DNA from: Patescibacteria group bacterium UBA6201
GTDB taxonomy: Bacteria; Patescibacteriota; Minisyncoccia; Phycocordibacterales; UBA918
DNA: 64,000 nt
Direction: 5' to 3'
Assembly: GCA_002422025.1 (NCBI GenBank)
Contig: DISV01000005.1
Span: 51,617 to 115,616 of the forward strand
Numbering within the stretch: position 1 is the stretch's first letter; each line of letters begins with the position of its first letter. The position numbers and the translations under genes were made by a program. Below the pieces are notes generated by a model. It did no database searches. It saw only the letters and a list, made by a program, of their open reading frames with translations, and was not told the origin of the DNA. Below, in pieces: positions 10,510 through 19,887 of this stretch.

Positions 10510-11592
10510 TTATTCTGAATCTGTTCGCACCTCAAAACCACCATCTTTTAAGTGGAGCTCTCGCTTGGCCTCGCTCATATCATGCTCAACCATTTCCTTA
10601 ACCATTTCTTTAAAACCGATACGACGCTTCCAGTTTAATTTTTGTTCAGCGTGACTTGGGTCACCAAGTAGATTCTCTACTTCAGTTGGTCGATAGTACC
10701 GAGGATCAACGGCCACCACCACCTTACCAGTTGACACATCAATGCCTGTTTCGTTTTCACCCTCACCTTCAAAATTAAGCTGGATACCCACTTCCTCAAA
10801 AGCTAACTTACAAAAATCACGCACACTGTATTGTTCACCGGTTGCAAGTATATAATCGTCGGGCAGGTCTTGCTGAAGCATTAGCCACATACCTTCAACA
10901 TAGTCTTTGGCATGACCCCAGTCGCGTAAAGCATTTAGGTTGCCTAAATACACAGTGTTCTGTAGTCCAAGTTTAATGCGACTGACTGCACGAGTGATTT
11001 TTCGAGTTACAAAAGTCTCTCCACGACGAGAGGATTCATGATTGAAAAGAATTCCATTACTTGCGTGTATACCGTACGCCTCACGATAATTAATCGTAAT
11101 CCAGTGAGCATAGAGTTTGGCGACGCCATACGGACTGCGGGGATAGAAGGGGGTATTAAGAGATTGAGGTGCAGGAGCCGCGCCAAACATTTCCGAAGTT
11201 GAGGCCTGATAGAAGCGGGTCTTTTTTTCTAGACCAAGGAGACGAATAGCTTCTAGAATTCTAAGTGTGCCAAGGCCATCAATATCACCCACATACTCAG
11301 GAGTTTCAAAGGAGACCTTCACGTGACTCATGGCACCAAGGTTGTATATTTCGTCAGGCTGCACCTCTTGTATGAGGCGGATAGTGTTGGTGCTGTCACT
11401 TAGGTCACCATAGTGGAGTATAAGCTTTCGATCTTTCATTTCTGGCCCTTGGTACAGGTAATCAATTCGTTCAGTATTGAAGGAACTTGAACGACGAATA
11501 ATTCCGTGTACCTCGTACCCCTTCTCAATCAGTAGCTCAGCAAGGTAGGACCCATCCTGTCCGGTGATTCCAGTAATCAGTGCTTTTTTCAT
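10510..11592 (-). CDS. gmd: GDP-mannose 4,6-dehydratase
   Basis: Track ORF 10510..11679. The conserved Gmd N-terminus [21 protein letters not shown] begins at an internal ATG (rc ~11592). Confidence 0.9.
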   Translation of the reverse strand: MKKALITGITGQDGSYLAELLIEKGYEVHGIIRRSSSFNTERIDYLYQGPEMKDRKLILHYGDLSDSTNTIRLIQEVQPDEIYNLGAMSHVKVSFETPEYVGDIDGLGTLRILEAIRLLGLEKKTRFYQASTSEMFGAAPAPQSLNTPFYPRSPYGVAKLYAHWITINYREAYGIHASNGILFNHESSRRGETFVTRKITRAVSRIKLGLQNTVYLGNLNALRDWGHAKDYVEGMWLMLQQDLPDDYILATGEQYSVRDFCKLAFEEVGIQLNFEGEGENETGIDVSTGKVVVAVDPRYYRPTEVENLLGDPSHAEQKLNWKRRIGFKEMVKEMVEHDMSEAKRELHLKDGGFEVRTDSE

Positions 11593-11728
11593 GTTAGTAG
11601 ACATTATATATGTATATGTCTGGAGAAGTAAAATTTTAATACCTCCATATTTAATATTGGCTTTGGTCAAAAGTGACACTTGCGGTATAGTTTCTCCAAT
11701 ATGAATCCCGTTAGAGTTTAATAGTGTT

Positions 11729-11989
11729 ATGTACTACGTTTATATACTAAAAAGCGAAACTTCAGGACTTTGGTATACTGGCACAACCAATGATTTACGG
11801 AAGCGTTTAAGTCTACATAACAAGAAGCAATCGACTTGGACCAAAGGAGGAGTTCCGTGGACATTGATTTATTACGAAGCGAGTTTATCAAAGGAAGACG
11901 CTTTTGCTCGAGAAATTTACCTCAAGACAGGTATGGGTAAGAGGTACCTCAAGAATAGACTCAAATGCTTCCTAACTCTAACGGGATGA
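11729..11989 (+). CDS. GIY-YIG nuclease superfamily protein (UPF0213/YhbQ-like)
   Basis: 86 aa. [30 protein letters not shown] is a GIY-YIG motif. Confidence 0.7.
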   Translation: MYYVYILKSETSGLWYTGTTNDLRKRLSLHNKKQSTWTKGGVPWTLIYYEASLSKEDAFAREIYLKTGMGKRYLKNRLKCFLTLTG

Positions 11990-14199
11990 AAGACTTACTT
12001 AAATGGGTGATGTACGGGGCGGTGTTTACGGTCCCTTTTGTTTTATTGATAGTTTCTGGGTCCATGTTCTTTCCGTTCATTACGGGAAAAAACTTCGCTT
12101 TTAGAATTTTGGTGGAGATTGGCTTTACTGCTTGGGTGCTTTTGATGTTGATTGATCAGGTGTATCGTCCACGTTTGTCATATATATGGTATGCGATACT
12201 CGGTCTCCTGGGCGTAATGTTTATCGCCAATCTCTTTGGTGAATACTCACCAAAGAGTTTTTGGAGTAATTACGAACGTATGGAAGGTTGGGTGACACTA
12301 CTGCACTTCTCAATGTACTTTGTGGTGCTAGGGTCAGCTTTGACTACTGAAAAGCTATGGAATCGCTTTTTTAATGTTGCTTTGGTAGCGGCGGTAATTA
12401 TGTCTCTGTACGCACTTGGGCAGGTATCTGGCGTGACAGAGGTTAGTCAGGGAGCGAATTGGCGAGTAGACGGACGTCTTGGTAACTCCTCATACCTTGG
12501 TGTTTATATGTTGTTCCATATATTCATAGCGGCCTGGTTGCTCATCCGCACCAAGGCGATTAATCTGAAAATTCTTTATGGTGGATTGATCGCGCTTTTT
12601 GTCTTCATTCTGACGCAGACTGGTACTCGTGGTGCGGTGTATGGCTTGATTGGTGGCAGTATTTTGGCCTTCTTGTACTTGGCTATAATGGCGCCAAAGG
12701 GTGCCGCTATTAAAAAATGGGCTCTAGGCGGATTATTGGTTGTGGTTCTTTTGGTCGGGGGGGTGTGGTCTATTCGCGATACGGAGTTTGTGAAGAACAG
12801 TCCAGTCTTAAGTCGTTTTGCCGGCACGACTTTGTCTGAAGGTAATATTCGCTTCATGGTCTGGCAAATGGCTATAGAAGGAGTGAAGGAAAGGCCGATT
12901 TTGGGCTGGGGACAGGAGAATTTCAGCTATGTGTTTAATAAATATTACAATCCGGCACTTTATGGTGCGGAGCCTTGGTATGACCGTACCCACAATATCT
13001 TTTTCGACTGGCTCATTGCTGGTGGGGTATTGGGGTTGTTTGCTTATCTAGCGATACTTATCAGTAGCTTGTGGTATTCGGTACTGCAACCTTTCTATGT
13101 TCGTCTTAAAAATGGTGTTGATACTCATATACATTTCTCTGTATATGAGCAAGCTCTCATTTTGGGTCTTCTGGCAGCGTATATGTTCCATAACTTGTTT
13201 GTCTTTGACAACCTGGCCAGCTGGATTTTCTACGCGGTAGTATTGGCGCTCATTCATAGTCGAGTCAGTTACGAATGGAAATCTATTTCAAGTATTACCT
13301 TTAGTCAGGCTGTCTGGCACAACGTTGTCTTGCCAAGTGGGGCTGTTGTTCTTTTGCTCACGATTTACTTTGTGAACGTCCCATCAATGTTGGCTGCACA
13401 AAATATTATTGATGCTTATCGGGCCACTGGAGTCTCTCCCAAACTAGAGATGTTTGAAAAGGCTTTTAACCGAGGTGGTTTCGCTGACCAAGAAATATTT
13501 GAACAAACCGCTCAGGTTGGCGGGCAACTCTATAGCAATCCTGCTGCCAGTGAGTCTGATAAGGAGGCTATAGTAAATTTGTTTACTAGGTTGGAAGGGG
13601 AGATGATGGCAAAGAAGCCAAATGACGCACGGCTCTACATTGTCGCTAGCAACTTCTATCGAACGATGGGGGATTTGAATTTGACAATGTCGTCTCTCGA
13701 TAAGGCTGAAAAGCTTTCTCCAAACAAACAAGCAATAAAAGAAGAACAAGGTGTCGTATATATGATGGCGGGACGAAGTGAGGAAGCAATTGAACGTTTT
13801 CAAACCGCCTACGAATTAGATGAAAGAAACGAAAGAGGGAAAGTACGTCTAGCGACCGCATATCTTTTTGCTGACAATCAAGCAGAATTTGAGAAGTTGA
13901 TAAACTTAGAGACCCTACATGAAAATCCCGGCCTTCTATCTGTAGTGATAAACGAACCATTGCTCTTGTCGGTTGCTTATCAGAAGAAAGATTACCCTCT
14001 CTTAGAATTCATTACTAAAGAGAGAATCCAAGTGGCACCATCGGAGCAGGGCCTTCGGACTAATTTGGCAGCTTTGTATTTTGAACAAGGTAAGTATGGT
14101 GATGCTAGAACAGTGATAGAAAAGGCTATTGCAGAAATACCAGCCTTCAAGGCTGAAGGTGAAGCGCTATTAGAAGAAATAGATTCGGCCCAAAACTAG
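11986..14199 (+). CDS. O-antigen ligase (Wzy_C)-like polytopic membrane protein with C-terminal TPR-like region
   Basis: Track ORF 11965..14199. The likely start is MKDLL at 11986, where ATGA overlaps the GIY-YIG stop. Multi-TM N-terminal half carries a Wzy_C-like GTRGAVYGLIGG motif. The C-terminal ~250 aa is soluble and TPR-like. Confidence 0.65.
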   Translation: MKDLLKWVMYGAVFTVPFVLLIVSGSMFFPFITGKNFAFRILVEIGFTAWVLLMLIDQVYRPRLSYIWYAILGLLGVMFIANLFGEYSPKSFWSNYERMEGWVTLLHFSMYFVVLGSALTTEKLWNRFFNVALVAAVIMSLYALGQVSGVTEVSQGANWRVDGRLGNSSYLGVYMLFHIFIAAWLLIRTKAINLKILYGGLIALFVFILTQTGTRGAVYGLIGGSILAFLYLAIMAPKGAAIKKWALGGLLVVVLLVGGVWSIRDTEFVKNSPVLSRFAGTTLSEGNIRFMVWQMAIEGVKERPILGWGQENFSYVFNKYYNPALYGAEPWYDRTHNIFFDWLIAGGVLGLFAYLAILISSLWYSVLQPFYVRLKNGVDTHIHFSVYEQALILGLLAAYMFHNLFVFDNLASWIFYAVVLALIHSRVSYEWKSISSITFSQAVWHNVVLPSGAVVLLLTIYFVNVPSMLAAQNIIDAYRATGVSPKLEMFEKAFNRGGFADQEIFEQTAQVGGQLYSNPAASESDKEAIVNLFTRLEGEMMAKKPNDARLYIVASNFYRTMGDLNLTMSSLDKAEKLSPNKQAIKEEQGVVYMMAGRSEEAIERFQTAYELDERNERGKVRLATAYLFADNQAEFEKLINLETLHENPGLLSVVINEPLLLSVAYQKKDYPLLEFITKERIQVAPSEQGLRTNLAALYFEQGKYGDARTVIEKAIAEIPAFKAEGEALLEEIDSAQN

Positions 14200-14200
14200 T

Positions 14201-15223
14201 ATGCACAGAGATATTAAAGAGAACGTACTCTTGTCACAGTACACGACTTTTGGTATCGGCGGAGAGGCAGAATTTTTTGCAGTTGCGGAAAATGAGGAAG
14301 ACCTAGTCTGGCTTGCAGGCCACGCCTTGGAGCGCGGTCTTCCAGTTAGTATTTTGGGGGGAGGATCAAATCTCTTGGTGGGTGACAGGGGTGTTACGGG
14401 TCTTGTTATTAAAAACGAGATTAAAGGCATTAGTCATGAGGTCCAGGACGAAAATGTTTTGGTAACTGCTGGTGCAGGGGAGGAATGGGATTCTTTTGTT
14501 CTGCACACAGTGAAAGCAGGTTGGTGGGGCCTAGAAAATCTTTCAGCCATTCCTGGTACGGTGGGAGCAACACCAATACAAAATGTTGGCGCGTACGGTG
14601 TTGAGGTAGGGGGGCTGATTAAGGAAGTAAAAGTCTATTCGCTTCGTGAACAGAAATTCTTAGTGATGACTCAAGCGGAATGTTGCTTTGGTTATCGTGA
14701 TTCTATTTTTAAATCAGAGTTGGGCAGGGACTTAGTAGTTGTCAGTGTGACCTATGCTTTACGTGTTACTCCTAACCCACAAATTCACTACAAGGATTTG
14801 GCAGAATATTTTTCCAGTCGAGTAGGACTCCCTTCACAGGAAGAGATTCGAAACGCAGTAATAGAGATTAGATCAAAAAAATTTCCTGACTGGAAACAAC
14901 TTGGTACTGCTGGATCGTTTTTCAAAAACCCTATCATTAGTACGGAGCATTTCAATAAACTCTCAGAGCTATATGCTGGTTTACCAGGGTATCTAACTAC
15001 GGATGGGATGATGAAGGTGTCACTCGGTTGGATATTAGACAAGGTGTGTGACCTACGAGGAGTTCGTGAGGGAAACGTAGGTACGTACGAAAAACAATCT
15101 TTAGTCTTGGTTAATTATGGGGGAGCAACAGAAGTGGAAGTGAGTAATTTTGCAGAGACTATAAAAGACGCAGTGTCAGAGAAGACGAAGATAGAAATTG
15201 AAATGGAACCACAGAGATGGTGA
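14201..15223 (+). CDS. murB: UDP-N-acetylenolpyruvoylglucosamine reductase
   Basis: 340 aa. FAD-binding N-terminus LSQYTTFGIGGEAEFF...ILGGGSNLLV. Confidence 0.85.
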   Translation: MHRDIKENVLLSQYTTFGIGGEAEFFAVAENEEDLVWLAGHALERGLPVSILGGGSNLLVGDRGVTGLVIKNEIKGISHEVQDENVLVTAGAGEEWDSFVLHTVKAGWWGLENLSAIPGTVGATPIQNVGAYGVEVGGLIKEVKVYSLREQKFLVMTQAECCFGYRDSIFKSELGRDLVVVSVTYALRVTPNPQIHYKDLAEYFSSRVGLPSQEEIRNAVIEIRSKKFPDWKQLGTAGSFFKNPIISTEHFNKLSELYAGLPGYLTTDGMMKVSLGWILDKVCDLRGVREGNVGTYEKQSLVLVNYGGATEVEVSNFAETIKDAVSEKTKIEIEMEPQRW

Positions 15224-15240
15224 GGAACGAATAAGCAAAA

Positions 15241-15295
15241 ACAGCGCGACAATTTTATACAAAATTGTCGCGCTGTTTTTATTTTTACAAAAAAA
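15241..15295 (+). terminator. Rho-independent terminator after murB
   Basis: acagcgcgacaatt / aattgtcgcgctgt 14-bp stem followed by a T-run. Confidence 0.7.
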
Positions 15296-15512
15296 TCTAA
15301 TCAAAATGTTTTTTTATTTTTTAAAAAAATAAATTTATGATTTGATAAGTAAAAAATAAAATTTTGACTTATCCCCAACAAAAAAATATTTATGCTGTTA
15401 AAAAATATTTTGTGCGTGATAATTATAGATAAGCAGATATTTTTTCTAAAAACTTTTTAAAAAAATATCGCGGTCGAAGTTTTTTATAAATACAAATTTC
15501 TCATCACACATC

Positions 15513-15674
15513 ATGCCAGCAAAAAAGAAGAAGGCACGTAAGGTAGCAAAGAAAGCTACTAAGAAAGTAGCCAAGAAGAAGACTGCAAAGAAAGCTGCAA
15601 AGAAAGCTACTAAGAAAGTAGCCAAGAAGAAGACTGCAAAGAAAGCTGCGAAGAAGACCGCTCGTCGAAAATAA
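15513..15674 (+). CDS. Small lysine/alanine-rich basic protein (histone H1-like / Hc1-like nucleoid protein), 53 aa
   Basis: MPAKKKKARKVAKKATKKVAKKKTAKKAAKKATKKVAKKKTAKKAAKKTARRK. Not in the ORF track because it is under 60 aa. It has its own AT-rich upstream region and a strong terminator. The antisense 94-aa track ORF (15446..15730) translates to FFAAFF junk. Confidence 0.6.
   Translation: MPAKKKKARKVAKKATKKVAKKKTAKKAAKKATKKVAKKKTAKKAAKKTARRK
15551..15652 (+). repeat. 51-nt perfect tandem duplication (x2) inside the basic-protein gene
   Basis: Unit gaaagctactaagaaagtagccaagaagaagactgcaaagaaagctgc appears at 15551 and again at 15602. It encodes KATKKVAKKKTAKKAAK twice. Confidence 0.85.
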
Positions 15675-15687
15675 TCTCCTAGCTTAG

Positions 15688-15722
15688 AAAACGCCGCACA
15701 CACTGTGCGGCGTTTTCTTTTC
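15688..15722 (+). terminator. Rho-independent terminator
   Basis: cgccgcacacactgtgcggcg hairpin followed by TTTTCTTTT. Confidence 0.75.
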
Positions 15723-15822
15723 ATCCGCATTTACAGGTGTATAAATTACGCAGTCTACGGGACAGTTTCGTGGCAGGTCCGATTTGTGATATGCTGATTT
15801 TCTGCTCAATTATCCTTTCATT

Positions 15823-18336
15823 ATGTCAATTTTAGACCGATTTTTTGGACCCTCCTATACCAAGGAGTTGAAGACGATTAAACCCTTAGTTAACAAGGTA
15901 AATTCTTTAGAAGCCGATCTTTCTACCTTGTCATTAGACGAATTGAAGGAAAAGACTGCAGGCCTGAAGTCCCGCCTTAAGGGTGGTGAGAGTGTTGAGT
16001 CAGTTCTACCAGAGGCTTTTGCTTTGGTTCGGGAATCTGCTAAGCGTACTTTAGGACTTAGACACTACGACGTACAGATTATTGGCGGTACACTTCTACA
16101 TCGCGGAAAGATAACGGAAATGCGTACTGGAGAAGGAAAGACTTTGGTGGGTACTCTACCGGCTTACTTAAATGCCTTGTATGGAGAAGGTGTTCATATC
16201 ATTACTGTTAATGATTATTTGGCACGACGTGATGCTGTTTGGATGGGCCAGGTTTATACGGCACTCGGACTTTCAGTGGGTGTCATCAATCACAACGCTT
16301 CTTATTTATATGACGAGTCACATCAAGAAAGTGATGAACTACGCGACCAAGAAGGTTCTTTCAAGGTTCATTATGAATTCTTGCGTCCTTGTACTAGAAA
16401 GGAAGCTTACTTAGCCGACGTGACTTACGGTACGAATAGTGAATTTGGTTTTGACTACTTGCGCGACAATATTGAATTTGAAGCTGATAAGATTCGTCAA
16501 CGTGGTCACAAGTACGCTATTGTGGATGAGATAGACTCAATCTTGATTGATGAGGCTCGTACTCCGCTTATTATATCCGCACCGGCAGATACGGGAGCTG
16601 ACCTTTATAAGACTTTCTCCAGAGTAGCTGCGCGGTTGGTTTTGGATGAACACTACTTGGTGGATGAGAAGCACAAGAGTGCTACCTTAACTGACGCTGG
16701 AGTGGAGGAAGCAGAGAAGATGTTGGGCCTTGATAATATTTATACTGATAAAGGCATCAAGTATGTACACCATCTAGAAACAGCTGTGCGGGCGAAGGCT
16801 TTATATAACCGTGACAAAGAATACGTAGTGCGTGACGGTGAAGTGGTAATTGTAGACGAATTTACTGGACGTCTTCAGCCGGGACGTCGATGGTCTGATG
16901 GTCTTCATCAGGCTGTAGAAGCTAAAGAAGGAGTTGAGATTCAACGTGAGAGTCGTACTTATGCCTCTATCACTTACCAAAATTACTTCCGCATGTACGA
17001 CAAGCTTTCGGGAATGACAGGGACCGCCCTTACTTCAGCCGAAGAGTTTTATACCGTTTATGGTCTAGAGGTTGTGCCAGTCCCAACTAATACAGAGGTG
17101 GTTCGAATCGACAAGAATGACCTTATCTTCCAGACTGAAAAAGGAAAGTTTGCGGCCATTGCGCGCAAGGTAAAAGAGATAAACTCTACAGGACAGCCAC
17201 TCTTGATTGGTTCAGCCTCAATAGATAAGAATGAGCTCTTGTCTTCCGAACTACATAAAGAAGGCATTAAACACGAAATCTTAAACGCCAAGAATCATGA
17301 GCGGGAAGGAGAGATAATCGCGGAAGCGGGAAGAAAGGGTGCAGTTACCTTAGCTACCAACATGGCTGGTCGCGGTGTCGACATTAAACTTGGTGGTGCT
17401 ACAGCTAGCAAAGATGAAACAGAAGAAGTTAAGAGCTTAGGAGGATTGTTTGTCCTTGGTACTGAGCGTCATGAGGCGCGTCGTATCGACAACCAGCTAC
17501 GTGGACGTTCTGGTCGTCAGGGAGATCCTGGTGAGACACAGTTTTATGTTTCGATGGAGGACTCACTGATGCGAGTCTTTGGTGGAGATCGTATCAAGAG
17601 TTTGATGGGTTCATTTGGGATACCGGAAGATCAGCCGATAGAAAACCGTATACTAAATAAACAGCTTGAGGCTGCCCAGACTCGTATTGAGGGCTTTCAT
17701 TTCGACGCTCGTAAACAAGTTTTGGCTTATGACGATGTTATCAATAAGCAACGACAAGTCATCTATGCACGGCGCAGTCGTTTGCTCCTTGGTGATCAAG
17801 CAGAGGTAAATCAGATGTTGTCTGAGGTGACTGAATTATTGCCAGAAACAGCAGAGATATTAGATAAGAAAAAAATGGAGTTCGGAGAAGCAGCTTGGTC
17901 GGAAATAATCCGCAAACTCTTCCTACAAGTAACGGACATCATTTGGGTGGAGCATTTGGAGGTGATGAATTACACACGCTCTAGCGTGACTCTGCGTGCC
18001 TACGGACAGCGGGACCCATTGATTGAGTACCGAAAGGAGGCGTCCAGGCTCTTTAAAGAGATGCAAGAGAGTACTTTAAGGCGAGTCGCCGAGATACTAC
18101 CTAATGTCCAGCCTGAGGCCATTGCTAAAGAAGAAGAGGAATTAAAACGAGTAGCCAAGGCGGCGCAAGCCATTGGTGACAAGGTTGATAATAAAAAAGG
18201 TCCGCGTAGCAGTGATAAGTCTTACGGACGCAATGACCTCGTCAAGATTACTGACGGCACGAACGTAAAAGAAATGAAATTCAAGAAGGCTGAAGCACTT
18301 CTCGATAGCGGAGAATGGAAGTTGGTGACCAACTAG
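15823..18336 (+). CDS. secA: Preprotein translocase ATPase SecA
   Basis: 837 aa. Unmistakable SecA motifs (GEGKTLV Walker A; DEIDSILIDEARTPLIIS; LAGRGVDIKLGG). Confidence 0.95.
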   Translation: MSILDRFFGPSYTKELKTIKPLVNKVNSLEADLSTLSLDELKEKTAGLKSRLKGGESVESVLPEAFALVRESAKRTLGLRHYDVQIIGGTLLHRGKITEMRTGEGKTLVGTLPAYLNALYGEGVHIITVNDYLARRDAVWMGQVYTALGLSVGVINHNASYLYDESHQESDELRDQEGSFKVHYEFLRPCTRKEAYLADVTYGTNSEFGFDYLRDNIEFEADKIRQRGHKYAIVDEIDSILIDEARTPLIISAPADTGADLYKTFSRVAARLVLDEHYLVDEKHKSATLTDAGVEEAEKMLGLDNIYTDKGIKYVHHLETAVRAKALYNRDKEYVVRDGEVVIVDEFTGRLQPGRRWSDGLHQAVEAKEGVEIQRESRTYASITYQNYFRMYDKLSGMTGTALTSAEEFYTVYGLEVVPVPTNTEVVRIDKNDLIFQTEKGKFAAIARKVKEINSTGQPLLIGSASIDKNELLSSELHKEGIKHEILNAKNHEREGEIIAEAGRKGAVTLATNMAGRGVDIKLGGATASKDETEEVKSLGGLFVLGTERHEARRIDNQLRGRSGRQGDPGETQFYVSMEDSLMRVFGGDRIKSLMGSFGIPEDQPIENRILNKQLEAAQTRIEGFHFDARKQVLAYDDVINKQRQVIYARRSRLLLGDQAEVNQMLSEVTELLPETAEILDKKKMEFGEAAWSEIIRKLFLQVTDIIWVEHLEVMNYTRSSVTLRAYGQRDPLIEYRKEASRLFKEMQESTLRRVAEILPNVQPEAIAKEEEELKRVAKAAQAIGDKVDNKKGPRSSDKSYGRNDLVKITDGTNVKEMKFKKAEALLDSGEWKLVTN

Positions 18337-18383
18337 AAGGTACAAAAATCCCCTGCAGTGCAGGGAATTTTTGTACCTTCTAG
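18333..18383 (+). terminator. Long perfect stem-loop starting at the secA stop codon (terminator/RNA structure)
   Basis: ctagaaggtacaaaaatcccctgcagtgcagggaatttttgtaccttctag forms a ~24-bp stem. It has no clean 3' T-run. Confidence 0.5.
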
Positions 18384-18493
18384 AGTAGTTGTAGTAATCA
18401 GATTTGGGGTTAGTGTTTAATAGTGCTAATTATGGGACAATTATAAAAGATGCGAATCAGTCAAGACCGTATCAGCTAACTTATTGTAAATAT

Positions 18494-18823
18494 ATGAAAC
18501 TCATTCTCCACGTACTCATCGTCGCTTTGGCCCTACTGGTATCTGCTTACATTATTCCAGGTATCGAAGTAGCTAGTGTCTATATAGCCATAATTGCGGC
18601 TTTGATACTTGGTCTACTCAACTTAGTCATAAGACCGATTCTGTTTATTCTAACCCTACCGTTGACCATCATAACCTTCGGACTTTTTGCCTTCGTCTTA
18701 AATGCGCTCATCTTTTGGTTCGCCGCTTCTTTCATCGAGGGCTTTACGGTCACTGGTTTTATACCCGCACTTTTAGGTTCTATCGTGGTATCAATTGCTA
18801 GTGCACTAGCAAGCAAGGAATAG
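18494..18823 (+). CDS. Phage_holin_4_2 / DUF360 family 4-TM membrane protein
   Basis: Track ORF 18404..18823. The conserved family pattern starts at internal MKLILHV (18494): ...PGIEV...NLVIRPILFILTLPLTIITFGLFAFVLNALIFW...GF.V.GF. Confidence 0.75.
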   Translation: MKLILHVLIVALALLVSAYIIPGIEVASVYIAIIAALILGLLNLVIRPILFILTLPLTIITFGLFAFVLNALIFWFAASFIEGFTVTGFIPALLGSIVVSIASALASKE

Positions 18824-18950
18824 AACTTCCAAAAGGTCTTTAGAAAGCGTCCCACGCTTTCTCAACTCCAACTAGCACAACTGCACCACAAGGGCACTTC
18901 TTGTTTCAATGTCGCATTAGATTTCTTAAAGTTCTCGAGTCTGCAGATAT

Positions 18951-18985
18951 AAAAAACACCGCACAGGTTGTGCGGTGTTTTTTAT
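18951..18985. terminator. Bidirectional rho-independent terminator
   Basis: aaaaaacaccgcacaggttgtgcggtgtttttt. It sits between convergent genes. Confidence 0.75.
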
Positions 18986-19002
18986 TTATGCTACGTCACT
19001 AG

Positions 19003-19680
19003 CTAGTTGCCGTCATCCTCATCCTCATCCTCGTCCTCGTCAGACTCAACGCTATCTACATCCTCATCCTCATCCTCGTCCTCGTCAGACTCAACGCTAT
19101 CTACATCTTCCTCCTCATCTTCCGCTACCTGGCTACGTAATTTTTGTAATTGTTCAATAGCTAATTTCAGTAGTGGACTATTGTCACCACGCTCAGCGTC
19201 AATTGTTTGTAGACGTTCGATAATTGCATCAAATAAAGCGGTGCGTTCACCGCTACGCATTTCTCTAGCGGCTTCACTGATCGTATTTCCTGGACCCGAA
19301 TTTAAGGAATCTTCATCGTCGTCATCAGTTGGCTGACCGGCTTTTTCACGAAGTTCTTTAATTCGTTCCTCTGCTTGTCTTCGTAGTTCTTCAAGTTGTT
19401 CTTTGTTTTTGGTACGGAGTTCTTCAACCTCAAGTTTTTGTTGGTCACTTAATTCATTAATAGCATCTTTGCTTTTTTCACGCATCTCATTAATGCGAGC
19501 TCGAGCTTCTTCTATACGTTGTTTAATTTGCTCTTTTTGTTCGCTACTTAGGTTGGAGCCGACAGTATCGGGTATAGTTTGGGCATTGGCAGTTGATACA
19601 AATGCTAATGCAAAAAAAACAGATAATATAAACCCGATTAATATGGTGGTTGGCAGTTTGTGGGCGGCGGTTTTTAACAT
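19003..19680 (-). CDS. Secreted coiled-coil protein with acidic C-terminal repeats (hypothetical)
   Basis: Track ORF 19003..19836. The probable start is MLKTAAHKL at rc 19680, which gives a signal peptide ending ...STANA/QT. It has a long heptad-like central region (EQIKQRIEEARARINEMREKSKD...) and a tail DVDSVESDEDEDEDED x2. Confidence 0.55.
   Translation of the reverse strand: MLKTAAHKLPTTILIGFILSVFFALAFVSTANAQTIPDTVGSNLSSEQKEQIKQRIEEARARINEMREKSKDAINELSDQQKLEVEELRTKNKEQLEELRRQAEERIKELREKAGQPTDDDDEDSLNSGPGNTISEAAREMRSGERTALFDAIIERLQTIDAERGDNSPLLKLAIEQLQKLRSQVAEDEEEDVDSVESDEDEDEDEDVDSVESDEDEDEDEDDGN
19016..19110 (-). repeat. 45-nt tandem repeat (x2 plus partial) encoding DVDSVESDEDEDEDE
   Basis: cctcatcctcatcctcgtcctcgtcagactcaacgctatctacat repeated head-to-tail at 19016 and 19061. 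Confidence 0.8.
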
Positions 19681-19887
19681 GTTGTATATTTTTGGTAAAT
19701 TAAATAAGAATAGAGGCCCGACCCAAACAGGGACGTGCCTCCAATGCGTATATAGTAACCCGTATTTGTCTAGACCGAATTGATGATTGTGGATAGTGGT
19801 TATTTGACCGAAGCTTCTAATGAAGAAATTCGCCATTTGTGTAAGTCATATACAGCTAAGCTAATTTGTGTTATTAATACGGCCACT

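Noticed and set aside
15446-15730. 94-aa minus-strand track ORF (FFAAFFAVFF...).
   Set aside because: It is the antisense translation of the K/A-rich basic-protein gene. The repetitive hydrophobic junk is produced by reading AAG/GCA repeats backwards. The + strand gene has a terminator and sensible composition.
17090-17110. GGTTCGAATCG T-loop-like string (possible tRNA).
   Set aside because: It lies inside secA in-frame. No acceptor or anticodon arms could be built. No tRNA was found anywhere in the window by eye.
19007-19783. Plus-strand track ORFs of 109 aa (poly-Ser) and 126 aa.
   Set aside because: They lie antisense to the acidic-repeat coiled-coil gene. The poly-S/poly-L content is a repeat artefact.
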